Assembly (NCBI GenBank): GCA_965208835.1
Contig: OZ242358.1
Span: forward strand, 352,001-416,000
Direction of reading: 5' to 3'
From: Candidatus Latescibacterota bacterium
Lineage (GTDB): Bacteria; Latescibacterota; UBA2968; GCA-2709665
Length of the DNA: 64,000 nt
Part shown: piece after piece, positions 60,099 to 64,000 of the stretch
How the letters are laid out: each line of letters starts with the position of its first letter
Numbering within the stretch: position 1 is the stretch's first letter
Position numbers and translations under genes: made by a program
Notes under the pieces: model-generated
Databases searched by the model: none
What the model saw: the letters and a program-made list of their open reading frames with translations, nothing else
What the model was told of the DNA's origin: nothing

Positions 60099-61871
60099 TT
60101 AATGCTTCCGCCGCGACAATGTCCGGATCGAGACCGGCGAGGGGCTCTCTCCCGTCGTCTCTAACGTCATGAGCTGGATGATATCGTTGCTGGTGACCGC
60201 GCCTAAAAACGCCTCCGAATCCCGTTCCACGACGGGTATGATGGAAAGAGAATTTTCTGACATACGCTGCAGCACGTCTTCGACAGGCTCATCAGGCCAG
60301 GCCAATGGCGTTTGGCGGCGTACCACAGCGTCGAGCCGGGTCTCGTCCCAGGCGTCCTTGGGCAGGTAGCGGAGCATCTCCAGGGACACGATCCCGACCA
60401 GCGCGTCATTATCTGCCACGACGTAGTGGTGCTGGTGCGGAACGATCCACTGCTCCGTGAAATCACGTACTGTGACCGAAGGCGAAGGGTGTCGACGCGA
60501 GCGGTTCAGAATGTCATCAATCGTGATGTCTTCCAGCGCGAAGCGGTATATTCCCAACGGAATGTCGTCAAGTTGCGTTGGCAGGTCCGGCCTGCGGCTG
60601 GCCCGGCTTACCGCGAAGTTGATCACCCCCGGCATGAACAGGATATAACAGAACATCACCAGCACCAGGAACGAGAAGACCACCTCGTCAATGGTTCCGG
60701 AATTCCACATAACCAGCAGCAGCGCGATTTCAGCTACTCCCTTGCCCATCAGCCCGGTGGCTACGGCGTAGGGAACGGCGAGGCGGGACACGTAAGCGCC
60801 GATGAATGCACCGGTGAAGTTGCCGAGCAATGGGATCAGCGCCAGCCCCGCCATGGCCCACAGCGGCAGGGTTACGAAGGTAAAGCTGAAGCTCAATCCG
60901 GCGGAAGCAAAGAAGAGGGGGACGAAAAACCCCTCGGCCACGCTGCGAATCCCCGGGAGGATCTCCTGCCGCACCTGGTAAGGAAGGTTCGACAGCGACG
61001 CCCCGAACAGCAAGGCACCCAGCGAGCCGTGGAGTCCCACTGCCTCCGCGCCGTACACGATCAGCAAGAGCATGCCAAGCAGCAAACCCAGGGAGAGCTG
61101 CGGTACCTGGATCACCCGCTGCAAAACCGCCACCAACGGCGGCAGCACCCTCGACGACATGACCCAGGTCACCACCGAAAAACCGGCAACTTTGCCCAGC
61201 AGAATCAGCATGCCGACAGGCGAAACCTGGTGGGCGTGTTCGCCGATGCTGAAGCCGATCAGCAGCAGGGCAATCAACTCGGCGATGATCACTACCGTGA
61301 AAATTTGCAGTCCAACCGGCTGTTTCAGGTATCCACCGTCCGTCAGCACTTTGGCCACGATGCCCAGGCTGGTCATCGACAGCACGCCGGCCAGCGCCAG
61401 CGACTCCGTGAAATTAAGCTTCAGTCCGAAATCGAAAACCAGATCGGTGGTGACCAGCATCGAAACGCCCAGTGACACGGTCACGGACAATACGGCCGCA
61501 AGGAAGTAATGACCCTTGAGGGACGACATGAAACTGGAAATATCCACTTCGTCGAGGCCGATGAGGAAGAAGAATACGAACACACCCAGCGTCAGAACCA
61601 GCTCGAGGTGCAGCGTAGACTCAATCCACCAGATGCCGGTCAGCTCCAGGACCGGTCCGAGAAACATGCCCGTGGCCGCATAGGCGATGATGGCGTTCAA
61701 CCGCAGCCTGCGAAAAACGCCCTCGGCCAACTTGGCAACGATGATGAGCATCCCGAGAGTCAACAGGGATTGGTGTAGTTCATGCGTGTGCTCAGCGAAT
61801 CTGAACAGATCCGCTATATCCTGGAGAGAGAAGCCTGCCGCGGACATCTTGAGGTTCTCCGTAGGTGTCAT
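60099..61871 (-). CDS. Cation:proton antiporter (CPA2) with C-terminal CBS pair
   Basis: Multiple TM segments, TSLGIVAKVL, FFVPLFFASAG; CBS-like LVGIVS and LGAVT..D. Confidence 0.9.
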   Translation of the reverse strand: MTPTENLKMSAAGFSLQDIADLFRFAEHTHELHQSLLTLGMLIIVAKLAEGVFRRLRLNAIIAYAATGMFLGPVLELTGIWWIESTLHLELVLTLGVFVFFFLIGLDEVDISSFMSSLKGHYFLAAVLSVTVSLGVSMLVTTDLVFDFGLKLNFTESLALAGVLSMTSLGIVAKVLTDGGYLKQPVGLQIFTVVIIAELIALLLIGFSIGEHAHQVSPVGMLILLGKVAGFSVVTWVMSSRVLPPLVAVLQRVIQVPQLSLGLLLGMLLLIVYGAEAVGLHGSLGALLFGASLSNLPYQVRQEILPGIRSVAEGFFVPLFFASAGLSFSFTFVTLPLWAMAGLALIPLLGNFTGAFIGAYVSRLAVPYAVATGLMGKGVAEIALLLVMWNSGTIDEVVFSFLVLVMFCYILFMPGVINFAVSRASRRPDLPTQLDDIPLGIYRFALEDITIDDILNRSRRHPSPSVTVRDFTEQWIVPHQHHYVVADNDALVGIVSLEMLRYLPKDAWDETRLDAVVRRQTPLAWPDEPVEDVLQRMSENSLSIIPVVERDSEAFLGAVTSNDIIQLMTLETTGESPSPVSIRTLSRRKH

Positions 61872-61882
61872 TTAGGGCGTCA

Positions 61883-62105
61883 TTATTGCGGGCGCTTGAG
61901 CTTTTCGACCCCGTGGTATTGACCGTTCGTACCAATTACGGTCAGGAACACGGCGTCGGATCCCTGGTTGTCGCCCGACCCGTATTTGAGCGGCATGCCG
62001 TCGGTTTCCTGGTAGTACGATGCCCGGACGTTGAGCACGTTGTTCAACTCCGGGTCACGCAAGAACTCGGCCCCGGTGAACGGAGCCAGGAAGGGTACGC
62101 CGGCA
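61883..62105 (-). pseudogene. Internally deleted remnant of a branched-chain amino acid-type ABC substrate-binding protein
   Basis: GVPFLAPFTGAEFLRDP..NVLNVRASYYQET (mid-protein motif) joined directly to YGSGDNQGSDAVFLTVI (C-terminal motif). Confidence 0.6.
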
Positions 62106-62327
62106 ATTCGAAGAAAGATAACCGTTAAATTGGCCACAAAAAGCACAAAAGGTATCGGTACCAAACGGCGTGTGCAGTAACGCCGTGACCTTGCGGTAAT
62201 TTCCGGCGATACACCCTGTAACAGAATCGCTGTTTTTGTGCCTCTTGTGGCAACTCGCCCTGAATCGAAAAATCCGGCAAGCCGACACCGCGGCGAAAAA
62301 TTCCGAAACGGAGCGGACGTCTGACGA

Positions 62328-63242
62328 TCATTCAGCGGTGTCGTCCTGCACAGCCCATCCCGGATCAGGGTCGCCGGCCATCGCCTTCCGAACGTCGGGG
62401 CCGGGCGCCCCTGCCGTGCCCCAGAGGTCAGCCGTTTCCGGCACCCGTCTCCACACCGCGGGTTTGTGCGTTGCTTCGTCTTCGATGAACGCTATGTCGC
62501 TCGAGAATTCGTTCACATATCCAGCCGGATCCCTGTAGTAACAGAAGATGTTGTTGCCCGGTCCGTGACGCCCCGGTCCCCAGTCGGGTTCCTGCCCCCG
62601 GGCACGCAGGTTGGAGACCCCTTTCATCACGTCGTCCACATTCGCCATCACATACGCAATATGGTTGACCGACGCGTAGTCTGCGCGACTGAAGACAATG
62701 ACGTGATGTCTCCGGCCGCAACGCAGGAAGGCCAACCGGTCCTCAATCCGGTCCGAGACCCGAAACCCGAGAATATCCGTGTAGAACGCCACGGTCTGCT
62801 CGAACCGCGGCGTGTTGAGACCCACGTGGCACAGCCGGCGTGGGGCGACTTTTCCGGTTGACCCGCCGCTCAGGTGTACGTCCACGTCGGCCGACAACTC
62901 GATGCAGCGGTTCTCCGGGTCAAGAAACCGCAGCCCGTATCCGCCGCCGGGTTCGTCCAGGTCGTCCGGCTGCGCGACGAGGGGGGTTCCCCGCCGTTCG
63001 AGTTCGGCTGCCGCCGCGTCGACTGCTTCGCATCCGTCAAGGCCGAAGGCCAGGTGGTGGAGCCCGGTCCGGCCGGCCGGATGCAGGCTGAGAACGTGGT
63101 GCCCGGTTGACGAGGCGCGGAGATATCGTGCGTGTCGGTGTTCTCCTGCCGACTGGAGTCCCCAGTCCTCGAGATAGTATCTGGTGTGGGCCGCGATCGC
63201 CGGCGACAACAACCCCACGTGGCGGATGTCCCGAATCTTCAT
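62328..63242 (-). CDS. VOC family extradiol dioxygenase-like protein
   Basis: ATG 63242 (ATGA overlap); HVGL, FYTDILGFRVSD, FLRC...HH, GPGRHGPGNNIFCYYRDPAG..NE. Confidence 0.88.
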   Translation of the reverse strand: MKIRDIRHVGLLSPAIAAHTRYYLEDWGLQSAGEHRHARYLRASSTGHHVLSLHPAGRTGLHHLAFGLDGCEAVDAAAAELERRGTPLVAQPDDLDEPGGGYGLRFLDPENRCIELSADVDVHLSGGSTGKVAPRRLCHVGLNTPRFEQTVAFYTDILGFRVSDRIEDRLAFLRCGRRHHVIVFSRADYASVNHIAYVMANVDDVMKGVSNLRARGQEPDWGPGRHGPGNNIFCYYRDPAGYVNEFSSDIAFIEDEATHKPAVWRRVPETADLWGTAGAPGPDVRKAMAGDPDPGWAVQDDTAE

Positions 63243-63958
63243 AAGTGGGGTTCTCTTAATGGTCGCCTGGCGGGTTTTCCTCCCGATCTCCTCCGGGTCA
63301 ACTCGATCTTCAAGTCCCGTCGAATGTAGATTTCGATGAACTCGCGCAGCCACACTTCCTTCGCAAGCGTGAATCGCTCGATCAGTTTCTGCTCGGGTCT
63401 GTGAGTGAGATAAACGATTCGCCACAGGTTGAGGGGTCGCAATTCGTCACCATCGACCGAATGCTCAACGTGAAAGAGCGGCTGTCCTTCGCCCGCTCGC
63501 AGCAGGATCCCGTCCTGGTCGAGGAGTTCCGATGCCCCGATGAAAGTGGCACTCTGCCGAGCAGGGTTGAGGAATACCTGCTCAAGGACCAATCCGTTCT
63601 CCGAGGGCTCAAGCCAGAGGCGCTGCCGCGAGCATCGCACGAAGGATTCGGCGCCGCCGGCCGCCGCCTGCCGGCGCCAATAGCGGGAGCTTTCCTCCGA
63701 TACGACCGAAGGGATATACAGGTCGGGCCGGAACGCCTTTTTCACCTCCATGTCCCATAACATGGACCGGGTGAACTTGAGCGGCTTGTTCGTGCGGTAA
63801 TGCCTGGAGAGCGCCAGATTGATGTCCACCGGAGACAACTCGATTCGTGTGTTGTCCGGGTCGGCCCAGGCCCGCTCGAACGCCTCTTCATGCCTCAGTT
63901 GGGCGACCGGCTTCGATGCCTGCTTCCTAGGGCTGGCATCTTCCGCTTCGCGTCTCAC
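63239..63958 (-). CDS. Hypothetical protein
   Basis: 239-aa ORF with protein-like composition, translationally coupled to the VOC gene; start uncertain. Confidence 0.6.
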   Translation of the reverse strand: MRREAEDASPRKQASKPVAQLRHEEAFERAWADPDNTRIELSPVDINLALSRHYRTNKPLKFTRSMLWDMEVKKAFRPDLYIPSVVSEESSRYWRRQAAAGGAESFVRCSRQRLWLEPSENGLVLEQVFLNPARQSATFIGASELLDQDGILLRAGEGQPLFHVEHSVDGDELRPLNLWRIVYLTHRPEQKLIERFTLAKEVWLREFIEIYIRRDLKIELTRRRSGGKPARRPLREPHL

Positions 63959-64000
63959 GACTAACCTTGATTCGTAAGTCTTCGGGGACGTTAATTCGAA

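Noticed and set aside
1-64000. tRNA, rRNA, integrase or full transposase genes
   Set aside because: None recognised by eye; tRNAscan-SE and Infernal would be needed to exclude them.

Overview
High-GC bacterial DNA, probably from a marine sponge-associated symbiont. This is inferred from a sup-type PKS, a bacterial sterol methyltransferase and a dockerin-like 'DFADFLxF' domain. The left end holds a >3100-aa type I PKS on the minus strand (KS-AT-DH-cMT-ER-KR-ACP-KS-AT...), which the ORF track misses because it runs off the window. The strongest candidate for a new system is a putative sterol-remodelling locus at about 23.0-34.9 kb. It comprises an RND efflux trio, a GPP34/GOLPH3-cytochrome P450 fusion, an ERG6-like sterol C-24 methyltransferase, a COG2907 flavoprotein and a convergent KshA/Neverland-type Rieske oxygenase, with a steroid 5-alpha-reductase at about 51 kb. 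Signals hidden from the ORF track include a Trp-Trp-Trp leader-peptide attenuator upstream of trpS, a UGA-readthrough selenoprotein with a SECIS-like hairpin, two MITE families, a 130-bp repeat in each gap of an ABC cluster, a VOC gene split by an insert with 33-bp direct repeats, and several gene remnants. The remainder is housekeeping and catabolic genes (trpS, hemB, transporters, GGT, enolase-family enzyme, PhyH, FAH) plus a DUF4160/DUF2442 toxin-antitoxin-like pair. All assignments come from motif recognition by eye; no database searches were run.
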